Positions 1 through 9,588 of a stretch of DNA of 64,000 nt are shown here, one piece after another. The notes beneath the pieces are model-generated. The model searched no databases. It was not told where the DNA came from and was given only the letters and a program-made list of their open reading frames with translations. How positions within the stretch are numbered: the first letter of the stretch is position 1; each line of letters begins with the position of its first letter. Source of the stretch: an uncultured Actinomycetota bacterium (lineage in GTDB: Bacteria > Actinomycetota > Actinomycetes > Mycobacteriales > Geodermatophilaceae); NCBI GenBank assembly GCA_963759905.1, contig CAVXBD010000002.1:7673-71672 (forward strand), read 5' to 3'. Made by a program: the position numbers and the translations under genes.

Positions 1-551
1 TGCACCACATGCGGGCCGGCACGCTGTCCGACGAGGACTGGTCCAAGCTGGCCCGCCGGATGGGCGAGGTGGCCGACGCCCCGCTCTACATCGACGACTC
101 CCCCAACATGACCATGATGGAGATCCGGGCCAAGGCCCGACGGCTCAAGCAGCGCAACGACCTCAAGCTGGTGGTCATCGACTACCTGCAGCTGATGACC
201 TCGGGCAAGCGGGTGGAGAGCCGCCAGCAGGAGGTGTCGGAGTTCTCCCGGGCGCTGAAGCTGCTGGCCAAGGAGCTCGAGGTACCGGTCATCGCGATGA
301 GCCAGCTCAACCGTGGTTCCGAGCAGCGCCAGGACAAGAAGCCGATGCTGAGCGACCTGCGCGAATCGGGATCGATCGAGCAGGACGCCGACATGGTGAT
401 GATGATCCACCGCGAGGACATGTACGAGAAGGAGTCCCCGCGGGCCGGGGAGGCCGACATCATGCTGGTCAAGCACCGCAACGGCCCCACCGCGAACGTG
501 ACGGTGGCCTTCCAGGGCCACTACTCACGCTTCGTGGACATGGCCAACTGA
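1..551 (+). CDS. dnaB: Replicative DNA helicase, C-terminal part (5' end outside window)
   Basis: DnaB motifs VVIDYLQLM, SQLNR, SDLRESGSIEQDAD, KHRNGPT. Confidence 0.97.
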   Translation, partial: HHMRAGTLSDEDWSKLARRMGEVADAPLYIDDSPNMTMMEIRAKARRLKQRNDLKLVVIDYLQLMTSGKRVESRQQEVSEFSRALKLLAKELEVPVIAMSQLNRGSEQRQDKKPMLSDLRESGSIEQDADMVMMIHREDMYEKESPRAGEADIMLVKHRNGPTANVTVAFQGHYSRFVDMAN

Positions 552-570
552 GTCCGGTTGGCTGGCCCGC

Positions 571-1281
571 ATGCCCGACTCCCCACGCGAGCTGACCCGC
601 GCCCAGGCATCGTCGGCGGTTGAGGAGATCGGCTGGCGGCTGCTGCTGGGTGAGCTGCGCACGACGCTGCCGGTTGCCTCGCTGGCCGAGGGGGCCCGGC
701 TGGTGACGGCGGTCCTGACCGAGCTCGGCCCGACCGCCGACGACCACCTGCGCGTCGACCTGCGGCCGGACCGGGTACGGCTGGCTGTGCAGACCCGGGC
801 CCGCGGTGCGCTCACCGCGGTCGACACCGACCTGGCGCGCCGGATCAGCGGCGCGCTGGACCGGCCCGCGGTGCCCGGCGGGGAGCATCCGGTGCAGGCC
901 CTGGAGATCGCCGTCGACGCGATGGACATCCCCGCCGTGCGACAGTTCTGGGCCGCCGTCCTGGATCTGGTGCCGCAACCCGGTGACGAGGAGGCGCTGG
1001 TCGACCCGGCCGGGGTCCTGCCCAGCATCTGGTTCCAGCAGATGGACGCGCCCCGCGCGCAGCGCAACCGCATCCACCTGGACATCACCGTCGCCCACGA
1101 CCAGGCCGAGGCGCGGGTGGCCGCGGCGCTGGCCGCGGGCGGGCGGCTGCTGTCGGATGCCATGGCCCGGTCGTTCTGGATCCTGGCCGACGTCGAGGGC
1201 AACGAGGTCTGCGTCTGCACCTGGCAGGACCGCGACGGGCGCGAAGCGACCCCGGCCGCGCAGGTCGGTGCCGCCGGGTGA
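571..1281 (+). CDS. Pterin-4a-carbinolamine dehydratase-like / VOC (glyoxalase-like) fusion protein
   Basis: N-terminal PCD-like half (HLRVDLRP...TAVDTDLARRIS); C-terminal RNRIHLDI...FWILADVEGNEVCV VOC signature. Confidence 0.75.
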   Translation: MPDSPRELTRAQASSAVEEIGWRLLLGELRTTLPVASLAEGARLVTAVLTELGPTADDHLRVDLRPDRVRLAVQTRARGALTAVDTDLARRISGALDRPAVPGGEHPVQALEIAVDAMDIPAVRQFWAAVLDLVPQPGDEEALVDPAGVLPSIWFQQMDAPRAQRNRIHLDITVAHDQAEARVAAALAAGGRLLSDAMARSFWILADVEGNEVCVCTWQDRDGREATPAAQVGAAG

Positions 1282-1345
1282 GCCAGCGGCCAGGTCCAGC
1301 GCCGACGCCCTTGCCCGCGGGCCCCGACCGGGCCAGGGTGCCGGC

Positions 1346-1750
1346 ATGGCCACCTGGCGGGACGTCGAACGGCTGGCCGGCGGGCTGCCCGAGGTCACCG
1401 AGGGCACCAGCTGGGGCAACCGGGCGTGGAAGGTCACCGGGAAGACCTTCGTCTGGGAGCGGCCGCTGAGGAAGCAGGACAGAGCGCACGTGGAGGCGCA
1501 CCTGGAGGCTGACCTGGGGGGCATCGTGCCCGAGGGCCCGGTGCTGGGCGTCCGGGTCGCCGACGAGGGCGACAAGCGCGAGCTGCTGGCGGCCGAGCCC
1601 GACGTCTGCTTCACCATCCCGCACTTCGACGGGTACCCCGCGGTGCTGGTCCGGTTGGACCAGGTGGACGTCGGCCTGCTCACCGAGCTGATCACCGACG
1701 CCTGGCGGGCCAGGGCCTCGCCGAAGCTCCTCCGGGCCGACGGCGACTGA
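1346..1750 (+). CDS. MmcQ/YjbR family protein
   Basis: ATG at 1346; MATWRDVERLA...LPEVTEGTSWG...FTIPHFDGYPAVLVRL typical of the family. Confidence 0.8.
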   Translation: MATWRDVERLAGGLPEVTEGTSWGNRAWKVTGKTFVWERPLRKQDRAHVEAHLEADLGGIVPEGPVLGVRVADEGDKRELLAAEPDVCFTIPHFDGYPAVLVRLDQVDVGLLTELITDAWRARASPKLLRADGD

Positions 1751-1842
1751 GGCGCCGGGCCATCCCGGCGTGCCGGGTCGCCATTCCGCGGCGGGAACGC
1801 GGACCAGGCACGCCATGATGACCGGGCGGCGGGCGGCGGGTG

Positions 1843-2436
1843 TCAGGTGTCGGTGCGCAGCAGGGCGACCAGGAAGTCCGCGTCCGGGCCGAACGGGCGC
1901 AGGTCCCAGGTGGACAGCAGCAGGTCGGGCTGCCAGCCCACGGCGGCGGCGTCGGCGAGGAACTCCTCGAACGGGTAGCCGCGGCCGGCGCCGAAGCCGA
2001 GGACCGCCCGGCCCTCCGGTGCGATGTGCGCGCGCATCCGAGCCAGCACGGTCCGCCGGGTGCCCGGCGCCAGGAAGGCCATCACGTTGCCGGCGCACAC
2101 GATGGCGTCGAACCGGCCGGGCACGTCCAGCTCGGCCAGGTCGCCGACCAGCCAGGTGGGGCCGGGGTGGTCCGTGCGGGCCGCCGCGACGAGCACCGGG
2201 TCGGCGTCCACCCCCACCACCTCGTGCCCGGCGGCGGCCAGCGCAGCACCCACCCGGCCGGGCCCGCACCCGGCGTCCAGCACCCGCGAGCCCCGGGGCA
2301 GCATGGCGTCGACCAGCCGGGCCTCGCCGTCCAGGTCGAACCCGTCGGCGGCCAGCCCCCGGAAGCGCCGCACGTAGTTGGCGGAGTGCTCGGGGTCGGC
2401 GGCGGCCTGCTGGGCCCAGATGCTCGGTTCGGTCAC
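1843..2436 (-). CDS. Class I SAM-dependent methyltransferase
   Basis: VLDAGCGPG motif I, FDAIVCAGN; GTG start at 2436. Confidence 0.88.
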   Translation of the reverse strand: MTEPSIWAQQAAADPEHSANYVRRFRGLAADGFDLDGEARLVDAMLPRGSRVLDAGCGPGRVGAALAAAGHEVVGVDADPVLVAAARTDHPGPTWLVGDLAELDVPGRFDAIVCAGNVMAFLAPGTRRTVLARMRAHIAPEGRAVLGFGAGRGYPFEEFLADAAAVGWQPDLLLSTWDLRPFGPDADFLVALLRTDT

Positions 2437-2470
2437 CGGTCCATCATCGCGCGTGGAGGACGATGGGCCG

Positions 2471-3820
2471 GTGCGGCGTGAACCCAGCATCCTGCACCTG
2501 GACCTGGATGCGTTCTTCGCCGCCGTGGAGCAGCGGGACAAGCCCAGCCTGCGGGGCCGCCCGGTCGTCGTCGGCGGGACCGGCGGGCGGGGCGTGGTGT
2601 CCACCGCCTCCTACGAGGCGCGGGCCTACGGGGCGCGCAGCGCCATGTCCACCATCGAGGCCCGCCGCCGCTGCCCGCCCGGGACGGCGTTCCTGGGTCC
2701 ACGGTTCCCGGCGTACGCCAGGACGTCGGAGCTGGTGATGACGTTGCTGCGCGAGCTGTCCCCGCTGGTGGAGCCGGTCAGCATCGACGAGGCCTACGTG
2801 GACCTCGCGGCCGCCGACCACGACCTGTCCGTGGCCGGGGTGACCGCGCTGGCCGACGGGCTGAAGGCCCGGATCGCCGAGGCCACGGGTGGGGTGACAG
2901 GTTCGGTGGGCATCGCCAGCTCCAAGGCGCTGGCCAAGATCGGCTCGGAGCTGGACAAGCCGGACGGGCTGACCGTGGTCACCCCCGGCACCGAGCTGGA
3001 CGTGCTGCACCCGCTACCGGTGCGCGCCCTGGGCGGGGTCGGCCCGGCGACGGCGGAGCGGCTGGCCCAGATCAAGGTCCGCACGGTCGGGGACCTGCAC
3101 CGGCTCACCCTGGTGGATCTGACCACCCTGGTGGGGCAGGCCCACGGGGCCGGCCTCTACCGGCTGGCCCGGGCCGACGACGACCGTCCGGTGGTGGCCG
3201 ACCGGGAGGCCAAGAGCGTCAGCGCCGAGCAGACCTACGCCCGTGACCTCACCGACCCCGCCCAGCTCGCGGTGCAGGTGCAGCAGCTGGCCGACCGGGT
3301 GGGTGCCCGGCTGGCTCGCTCGGGCACCGCCGGGCGCACGGTCACCCTCAAGGTCCGCCGCTACGACTTCTCCACCCTTACCCGGTCCCAGACGCTGTCC
3401 CAGCCCGTCGACGACCCGCGGGCCATCGCCGAGGTGGCCCAGCGGTTGCTGGCCGGCGTCGACCGGTCCGGCGGGCTGCGGCTGCTGGGGGTCGGGGTGT
3501 CGGGGTTGGCCAGCTACGTGCAGGGGGACCTGTTCGCCGCGCCGGAGGAACCGGTCGCGGCCGGCTCCCCCGTCGAGGACGACGGCGACCCGTCCGGCCC
3601 GGTGCCCCGGCGGACCGTCGACCGGGATCCCGCCGCGCGGATCTGGCACCCCGGTCAGGACGTCGAGCACGCCGAGCTGGGCCCCGGCTGGGTGTGGGGC
3701 AGCGGCCTCGGCCGGGTCACCGTGCGGTTCGAGGGCCCCACCACCGGACCGGGCCGGGTGCGCACCTACCCCGCCGACGACCCCGACCTGCAGCCGGCCG
3801 ACCCGCCGGACTGGCGGTGA
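2471..3820 (+). CDS. dinB: DNA polymerase IV (Y-family)
   Basis: ILHLDLDAFFAAVEQ, STASYEAR, SIDEAYVD catalytic motifs; actinobacterial C-terminal extension (HAELGPGWVWGSG). Confidence 0.95.
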   Translation: MRREPSILHLDLDAFFAAVEQRDKPSLRGRPVVVGGTGGRGVVSTASYEARAYGARSAMSTIEARRRCPPGTAFLGPRFPAYARTSELVMTLLRELSPLVEPVSIDEAYVDLAAADHDLSVAGVTALADGLKARIAEATGGVTGSVGIASSKALAKIGSELDKPDGLTVVTPGTELDVLHPLPVRALGGVGPATAERLAQIKVRTVGDLHRLTLVDLTTLVGQAHGAGLYRLARADDDRPVVADREAKSVSAEQTYARDLTDPAQLAVQVQQLADRVGARLARSGTAGRTVTLKVRRYDFSTLTRSQTLSQPVDDPRAIAEVAQRLLAGVDRSGGLRLLGVGVSGLASYVQGDLFAAPEEPVAAGSPVEDDGDPSGPVPRRTVDRDPAARIWHPGQDVEHAELGPGWVWGSGLGRVTVRFEGPTTGPGRVRTYPADDPDLQPADPPDWR

Positions 3821-3821
3821 G

Positions 3822-4493
3822 TCAAGCCGTCGCGGGCCAGCCCTCCTGCTGGTGCGCCGAGCGCCAGAACTCCAGCTCGTACCGGGTGGCGACGGCGAAG
3901 GCCCGGTGCATCGCCGCGGTGTCCGACGGGCCGGCCGAACCGGCCGCGGCGTCGGTGAGCTCCCGGGCCCGGCGGGTGGACGCTTGGAACTGCGCGTCGT
4001 CGTAGGCGGCCACCCAGCGGGCGTAGGGGTGCCCGGGGACGGTCCGCGCGGTGGCGGCCAGCCGGGCACCGGTGTCGGCGTAGACCCAGAAGCAGGGCAG
4101 CACCGCGGCGCAGCCCACCGGGTAGGGCTCGGTGGCCGCGGTGGCCACCAGGTAGGACACGTAGCCCAGGCAGGCCGGCGAGTGGTCACCGGTCCGCGGT
4201 CCGCCGCCCAGCAGCTCCAGCAGGTCCTGGTGCAGCGCGCTCTCCACCACGCCGGCGGTGTGCGCCGAGCGGGCCCAGAAGGACGCCGCCGCGGCATCGG
4301 GCGCACGGGCGGCCAGCAGGGCCAGCGCGCGGGCGTAGCCGGTGAGGTAGAGCGCGTCCTGCTCCAGGTAGTGCCGGAAGGCGGCCGGGTCCAGGGTGCC
4401 GGCGCCCAGCTCGGCCAGGAACTCCAGGCCCTCGATCGCCGCCCGCAACCCCGCGGTCCGCGCCCAGGCCTGCTCGGTGAACGACGTGCTCAT
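3822..4493 (-). CDS. tenA: TenA family thiaminase II / aminopyrimidine aminohydrolase
   Basis: FRHYLEQDALYL, AVLPCFWVY, YELEFW; last gene of thi operon. Confidence 0.88.
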   Translation of the reverse strand: MSTSFTEQAWARTAGLRAAIEGLEFLAELGAGTLDPAAFRHYLEQDALYLTGYARALALLAARAPDAAAASFWARSAHTAGVVESALHQDLLELLGGGPRTGDHSPACLGYVSYLVATAATEPYPVGCAAVLPCFWVYADTGARLAATARTVPGHPYARWVAAYDDAQFQASTRRARELTDAAAGSAGPSDTAAMHRAFAVATRYELEFWRSAHQQEGWPATA

Positions 4494-5305
4494 GCCGGCC
4501 ACACCCCGGCGAGGTGGTGCACCGGGCCGTGACCGGAGCCGACCCCCAGGTCCCGGCCGTCGAGCAGGGCGGCCTGCAGCACGTCCCGCGCCGGCTCCAC
4601 CAGGGCTCCCCAGTCCGGGCCGGCACCGGCCCGGGCGGCCAGCGCCGTCAGGGCTGCGGACAGGGTGCACCCGGTGCCGTGGGTGGCCGAGGTGGCCACC
4701 CGGGGGCGGGTGCTGACGACGACCCCGGCCGCGGTGGCCAGCACGTCGACGCTGACCCCGCCGCCCAGGTGTCCGCCCTTCACCAGCACCGCGGCCGGCC
4801 CCAGCGCCCGCAGCGCCACCGCCTGCTCCTGCAGTCCGGCCACCGTCGTCGCCGGTTCCACGTGCAACAACCGGGCCGCCTCGGGCACGTTGGGGGTGAG
4901 CAGTCCGGTGACCGGCAGGAGGACCGTCGCGATGGCGTCCACCGCGTCGTCGTCGATCAGCTGGTCCCCGCTGGTGGCCACCATCACCGGGTCGACGACG
5001 ACCGGACCCACGGGCCGGTCCCGGAGCACCCGGGCCACCGCGTGCACCACCGCGGCCGAGCCCAGCATCCCGGTCTTGGTGGCGTGCACGGTGACGTCGT
5101 CGAGCAGGGTGTCCAGCTGCTCGGTGACGAAGGCGGCCGGCACCGGGTGCACGCCGGTGACCCCGCGGGTGCTCTGCGCGGTCAGCCCGGTGAGCACCGC
5201 CGTGCCGAAGACGCCCAGGGCGGAGAAGGTCTTGAGGTCGGCCTGGATGCCGGCACCGCCGCTGGGATCCGAGCCGGCGACGGTCAGCGCCACCCGGGCC
5301 GTCAC
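4490..5305 (-). CDS. thiD: Hydroxymethylpyrimidine/phosphomethylpyrimidine kinase
   Basis: [36 protein letters not shown]. Confidence 0.95.
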   Translation of the reverse strand: MTARVALTVAGSDPSGGAGIQADLKTFSALGVFGTAVLTGLTAQSTRGVTGVHPVPAAFVTEQLDTLLDDVTVHATKTGMLGSAAVVHAVARVLRDRPVGPVVVDPVMVATSGDQLIDDDAVDAIATVLLPVTGLLTPNVPEAARLLHVEPATTVAGLQEQAVALRALGPAAVLVKGGHLGGGVSVDVLATAAGVVVSTRPRVATSATHGTGCTLSAALTALAARAGAGPDWGALVEPARDVLQAALLDGRDLGVGSGHGPVHHLAGVWPA

Positions 5306-5973
5306 GCCGGCGCCCCGGCGTGCGCAGCCTCCACGACGGTGCGCAGTGCCGCCGCGGCCGCCCGGGGGTCGGTGGCCGCGCAGACGTCGGAGACCACGCA
5401 GATCCCGTCCACCCCGGTGGCGGCGACCTCACCGGCCCGGTCCCGGCGGATGCCGCCGATGGCCACCGCGGTGATCCCGGCGGATCGGGCGCGGGCAGCG
5501 AGGTCCCGGACCCCGGCCAACCCGAGCTCGGGCCCGGCGTCGATCTTGGTGGGGGTCGACCACAGCGGGGACAACCCCACCAGGTCCACCGTGCCCGCCG
5601 GCAGGGCCAGCGCGGCGTCCAGCTGGGCTGCCGAGCCCACCGACAGACCCAGGTGCAGCTGCGGGGCCATGGCCCGGACCGTGTCGACCGGCAGGTCGTC
5701 CTGGCCCAGGTGCACCCCGTGCGCGCCGGCCAGCAGGGCGACGTCGAGCGCGTCGTCCACCACGACCGCGACGTCGGGCCGGTCCGCCAGCACCGCCTGC
5801 ACCGCCCGGGTGAGCTGCAGCAGCTCCCGGCGGGGGGCGGTCTTGTCCCGCACCTGGACGGCGGTCACCCCACCCGCGACCGCCGCGGCGACCACCTCGG
5901 GCACCGAGCGCGGCGAGCACAGCGCGGTGTCGGTCACCAGGTACAACCGCGGGTCGAAGGCGTGGCGCCTCAC
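5302..5973 (-). CDS. thiE: Thiamine-phosphate synthase
   Basis: [30 protein letters not shown]. Confidence 0.93.
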   Translation of the reverse strand: MRRHAFDPRLYLVTDTALCSPRSVPEVVAAAVAGGVTAVQVRDKTAPRRELLQLTRAVQAVLADRPDVAVVVDDALDVALLAGAHGVHLGQDDLPVDTVRAMAPQLHLGLSVGSAAQLDAALALPAGTVDLVGLSPLWSTPTKIDAGPELGLAGVRDLAARARSAGITAVAIGGIRRDRAGEVAATGVDGICVVSDVCAATDPRAAAAALRTVVEAAHAGAPA

Positions 5974-6770
5974 CGCAGGTCCGCCGCGGCCAGCTCGTCC
6001 GGGGTCAGCGCGGCCAGCGCGTCCAGCCAGCCGATGGCGAAGCTGCCCGGCCCACCGGCGGTGGCGGCAGCCCGCTCGGCGGCCAGCGCCACGTGCGCGT
6101 GCGCGGCGACCGCCCCGGCCAGCGGGGACCCGGTCGCGGCCACGTAACCGGCGGTCAGTGCACCCAGCGCGCAGCCGGCACCGGTGGTGCGGGTCAGCAG
6201 CGGGTGCCCGCCGCCGACCCCGACCGTCCGGGTGCCGTCGGTGATCACGTCCACCGCCCCGCTGACCGCCACCACGCCCCCGGTCCGGCGGGCCAGTGCG
6301 ACGGCGGCGTCCATCGCGTCGTCGCTGCTGTGCACGCTGTCCACCCCCCGCCCACCGGATCCCGCGCCGGCCAGCGCCAGCACCTCCGAGGCGTTCCCGC
6401 GGATCACGTCGGGCCCCAGGTCCACCAGCTCGGCGGCCAGCCTGGTGCGGAAGCCCAGCCCGCCGACGGCGACCGGGTCCAGCACCCAGGTGCGGGCGTC
6501 CCGGGAGGCCACCCCGGCTGCCAGCCGCATCGCCTCCGCCGTCCGGGCGTTCACCGTGCCCACGTTGACCAGCACCGCGGAGGCGACGGCGGCGAACTCG
6601 GCGGCCTCCTCCGGCGCATCCACCATGGCCGGCGCAGCACCCACGGCCAGCAGCGCGTTGGCCGTGATTGTCTGCACCACGGTGTTGGTCAGGCAGTGCA
6701 CCAGGGGTGCTGCCTCGGTCAGCGCGGCCCGGGCCATGCGCAGGTGGTCAGGACCGATGGAGGAGACCAT
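5970..6770 (-). CDS. thiM: Hydroxyethylthiazole kinase
   Basis: [41 protein letters not shown]; ATG at 6770. Confidence 0.93.
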   Translation of the reverse strand: MVSSIGPDHLRMARAALTEAAPLVHCLTNTVVQTITANALLAVGAAPAMVDAPEEAAEFAAVASAVLVNVGTVNARTAEAMRLAAGVASRDARTWVLDPVAVGGLGFRTRLAAELVDLGPDVIRGNASEVLALAGAGSGGRGVDSVHSSDDAMDAAVALARRTGGVVAVSGAVDVITDGTRTVGVGGGHPLLTRTTGAGCALGALTAGYVAATGSPLAGAVAAHAHVALAAERAAATAGGPGSFAIGWLDALAALTPDELAAADLR

Positions 6771-6774
6771 GACG

Positions 6775-6860
6775 CCTCGACATCCCTTCGCCAGTGTCAG
6801 CTGGAGCAGGTTCGACGGGTGTGCTCTCAGTCCCGCGGTCGGGACACCCCGTGTCGCCCC
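6775..6860 (-). ncRNA. TPP riboswitch
   Basis: Minus strand reads GGGGTGTCCC...GGGACTGAGAG-CACACCCGTCGAACCTG-CTCCAG-CTGACA-CTGGCGAAGGGA, matching the THI-box consensus, directly upstream of thiM. Confidence 0.93.
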
Positions 6861-7002
6861 CGATCCTGGCACCGCCTCGCGACCGGCGGTCGGCGGGGTC
6901 CACAGGGTCGGTTCGCTGGGGCACCGGGTGCGGGCGCCGCGCCCATCGGGCAGGGTCGGCGCGGAGCGGGCGACGAGGACCGCCCCGGAGGAGGAGGACC
7001 CG

Positions 7003-8262
7003 GTGCGAGCGGTCTACGTCATCGGCACGGCCGACACCAAAGGCGCGGAGCTGCGCTACGTGCGCGACCTGATCGACGCGCAGGGCGTGCCCACGGTGCT
7101 GGTCGACGTCGGCACCCGCAGCGACGGCTCGGGGTCCGGTGGGGGGACCGGTGCCGACGTGACGGCGGCCGAGGTCGCCGCCTGCCACCCCGACGGCGCC
7201 GACGCCGTCCGCTCCGAGGACCGCGGGCAGGCCGTGGCGGCGATGACCGTGGCCCTGGAACGCTTCCTGTCCGGCCGGGCCGGCGAGGTGGGCGGGGTGC
7301 TGGGGCTGGGCGGGTCCGGCGGGACCGCGCTGATCACCCCCGCCATGCGGGCGCTGGACGTGGGGGTGCCGAAGGTGATGGTGTCCACGGTGGCCTCCGG
7401 GGACGTGTCGGCCTACGTCGGCCCCTCGGACCTGACCATGACCTACTCGGTCACCGACGTGGCCGGGCTGAACCGGATCTCCCGGGTGGTGCTGGGCAAT
7501 GCCGCCCACGCGGTGGCCGGCATGGTGGCCCACCCGGTCGAGCTGCCCGAGATCGACCTCCCGGCGGTGGGGCTGACGATGTTCGGCGTCACCACCCCGC
7601 TGGTGACCGCGCTGGCCGACCGGCTGGCCGACCGCTTCGAGCCGCTGGTCTTCCACGCCACCGGCACCGGAGGCCGGTCGATGGAGAAGCTGGCCGACTC
7701 GGGTCTGCTGGCCGCGGTGCTGGACAGCACCACCACCGAGATCGCCGACCACCTGGTGGGCGGGGTGTTCTCCGCCGGTCCCGGCCGGCTCGACGCCATC
7801 GCCCGCAGCCGGGTGCCCTGGGTCGGGTCGATCGGTGCCTGCGACATGGTGAACTTCGGCGCCCGGGACACCGTGCCGGCGCAGTTCGCCGACCGGCTGT
7901 TCCACGAGCACAACGCCCAGGTCACCCTGATGCGCACCACCGCCGAGGAGTGCCGGGCGATCGGGGAGTTCCTGGCCGAGAAGCTGAACGCCTGTGACGG
8001 ACCGGTCCGGCTGCTGCTGCCCACCCGGGGGGTGTCCATGCTGGACGCCCCGGGCCAGCCCTTCCACGACCCCGAGGCCGACGAGGCACTGATGACCACC
8101 CTGGAGGACCGCGTCAGGCAGACCGCCGACCGGCAGGTCACCCGGGTGGACGCGCACGTCAACGACGAGGCCTTCGCCGACGCCCTGCTCGCCGCCTTCG
8201 ACGAGGTCACCGCGTCCACCACCACCCCAGTCCCCACCGAGCCCGGGAGTTCGCAGTCGTGA
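7003..8262 (+). CDS. Tm-1-like ATP-binding domain protein (UPF0261)
   Basis: [50 protein letters not shown]; GGAGG RBS before GTG. Confidence 0.9.
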   Translation: MRAVYVIGTADTKGAELRYVRDLIDAQGVPTVLVDVGTRSDGSGSGGGTGADVTAAEVAACHPDGADAVRSEDRGQAVAAMTVALERFLSGRAGEVGGVLGLGGSGGTALITPAMRALDVGVPKVMVSTVASGDVSAYVGPSDLTMTYSVTDVAGLNRISRVVLGNAAHAVAGMVAHPVELPEIDLPAVGLTMFGVTTPLVTALADRLADRFEPLVFHATGTGGRSMEKLADSGLLAAVLDSTTTEIADHLVGGVFSAGPGRLDAIARSRVPWVGSIGACDMVNFGARDTVPAQFADRLFHEHNAQVTLMRTTAEECRAIGEFLAEKLNACDGPVRLLLPTRGVSMLDAPGQPFHDPEADEALMTTLEDRVRQTADRQVTRVDAHVNDEAFADALLAAFDEVTASTTTPVPTEPGSSQS

Positions 8263-9095
8263 GCCGCCGTCCCACCCGTAGCGATGTCCTGACCCGCCTG
8301 CGTGCCAAGGTCGAGCGGGGTGAACCCATCGTCGGCGGTGGGGCCGGCACCGGGCTGTCGGCCCGGTGCGAGGAGGCCGGCGGGATCGACCTCATCGTCA
8401 TCTACAACTCCGGCCGGTACCGGATGGCCGGGCGCGGGTCGCTGGCGGGGCTGCTCGCCTACGGCAACGCCAACGACGTGGTGCTGGACATGGCCAAGGA
8501 GGTGCTCCCGGTGGTCAGGCACACCCCGGTGCTGGCCGGGGTGAACGGCACCGACCCGTTCTACGACCCGGACGTCTTCCTCGCCGAGCTGGCCCGGCTG
8601 GGGTTCACCGGGGTGCAGAACTTCCCCACCGTCGGGCTCATCGACGGCGACTTCCGGGCCAACCTGGAGGAGACCGGGATGAGCTACGCGCTGGAGGTGG
8701 AGATGATCGCCGCGGCGCACGACCGGGACCTCCTGACCACGCCCTACGTGTTCTCCGCCGACGACGCCCGGGCGATGACCTCGGCCGGCGCCGACGTCGT
8801 GGTCTGCCACCTGGGGCTGACTACCGGCGGATCCATCGGCGCCCGCACGGCGCGCACGCTGGAGGACTGCGTGCCGCTGGTGCAGGAGTGGGCGGCGGCC
8901 GCGCGCGAGGTCCGTGACGACGTCCTGGTGCTGGTGCACGGCGGCCCGGTGTCCGCCCCGGCCGATGCCCAGTACGTGCTGGACCGGTGCGACGTGCATG
9001 GCTTCTACGGCGCCAGCAGCATGGAGCGGCTGCCCACCGAGCGGGCCATGACCGCGCAGGTGGAGGAGTTCACCCGGCTGCGACTGGGCGGCTGA
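8259..9095 (+). CDS. Phosphoenolpyruvate hydrolase-like TIM-barrel protein
   Basis: [48 protein letters not shown]; GTGA overlap with upstream gene. Confidence 0.9.
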   Translation: MSRRPTRSDVLTRLRAKVERGEPIVGGGAGTGLSARCEEAGGIDLIVIYNSGRYRMAGRGSLAGLLAYGNANDVVLDMAKEVLPVVRHTPVLAGVNGTDPFYDPDVFLAELARLGFTGVQNFPTVGLIDGDFRANLEETGMSYALEVEMIAAAHDRDLLTTPYVFSADDARAMTSAGADVVVCHLGLTTGGSIGARTARTLEDCVPLVQEWAAAAREVRDDVLVLVHGGPVSAPADAQYVLDRCDVHGFYGASSMERLPTERAMTAQVEEFTRLRLGG

Positions 9096-9115
9096 CGCTG
9101 GGCGAGAATGCCCCG

Positions 9116-9559
9116 GTGGCGCCCCAGCTCCAGGAGAAGCCCTTCGGCGAACTCACCCCGAACGAGCTCTACGGGCTGCTCCGGCTGCGGGTGGACGTGT
9201 TCGTCGTCGAGCAGGCTTGTCCCTACCCGGAGCTGGACGGCCGGGATGCCGAGCCGGGCACCGTGCACCTGTGGGTGCCCAGCCCGGACGGCAGCGTGCT
9301 GTCCACCATCCGGGTGCTGCAGAACGGGCCGGACCGGGCCATCGGGCGGGTGGCCACGGCGTCGCACGCCCGCGGGCAGGGCCTGTCGGCCCGGCTGATC
9401 ACCCGCGGATTGCAGCTGTGCGCCGGCCGCACCGTGGACATCGGCGCGCAGGCCTACCTGGCGCAGTGGTACGCCCGGTTCGGCTTCGTCCGGTCCGGCC
9501 CGGACTACCTGGAGGACGGCATCCTGCACCTGCCGATGCGGATGGTCGCGCCCGCCTGA
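9116..9559 (+). CDS. ElaA-like GNAT acetyltransferase
   Basis: LRVDVFVVEQACPYPELDG, IGRVAT, AQAYL, YLEDGILH. Confidence 0.88.
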   Translation: MAPQLQEKPFGELTPNELYGLLRLRVDVFVVEQACPYPELDGRDAEPGTVHLWVPSPDGSVLSTIRVLQNGPDRAIGRVATASHARGQGLSARLITRGLQLCAGRTVDIGAQAYLAQWYARFGFVRSGPDYLEDGILHLPMRMVAPA

Positions 9560-9588
9560 GGACCGTCGGGTCGGTCAACCCTCCTCGG

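Noticed and set aside
1767-1814. Imperfect inverted repeat GGCGTGCC...GGCACGCC between convergent genes
   Set aside because: Single copy in the window, most simply a terminator-like hairpin.
2440-2470. LexA/SOS box upstream of dinB
   Set aside because: No TCGAAC-N4-GTTCGA-like site is visible in the short divergent intergenic region.
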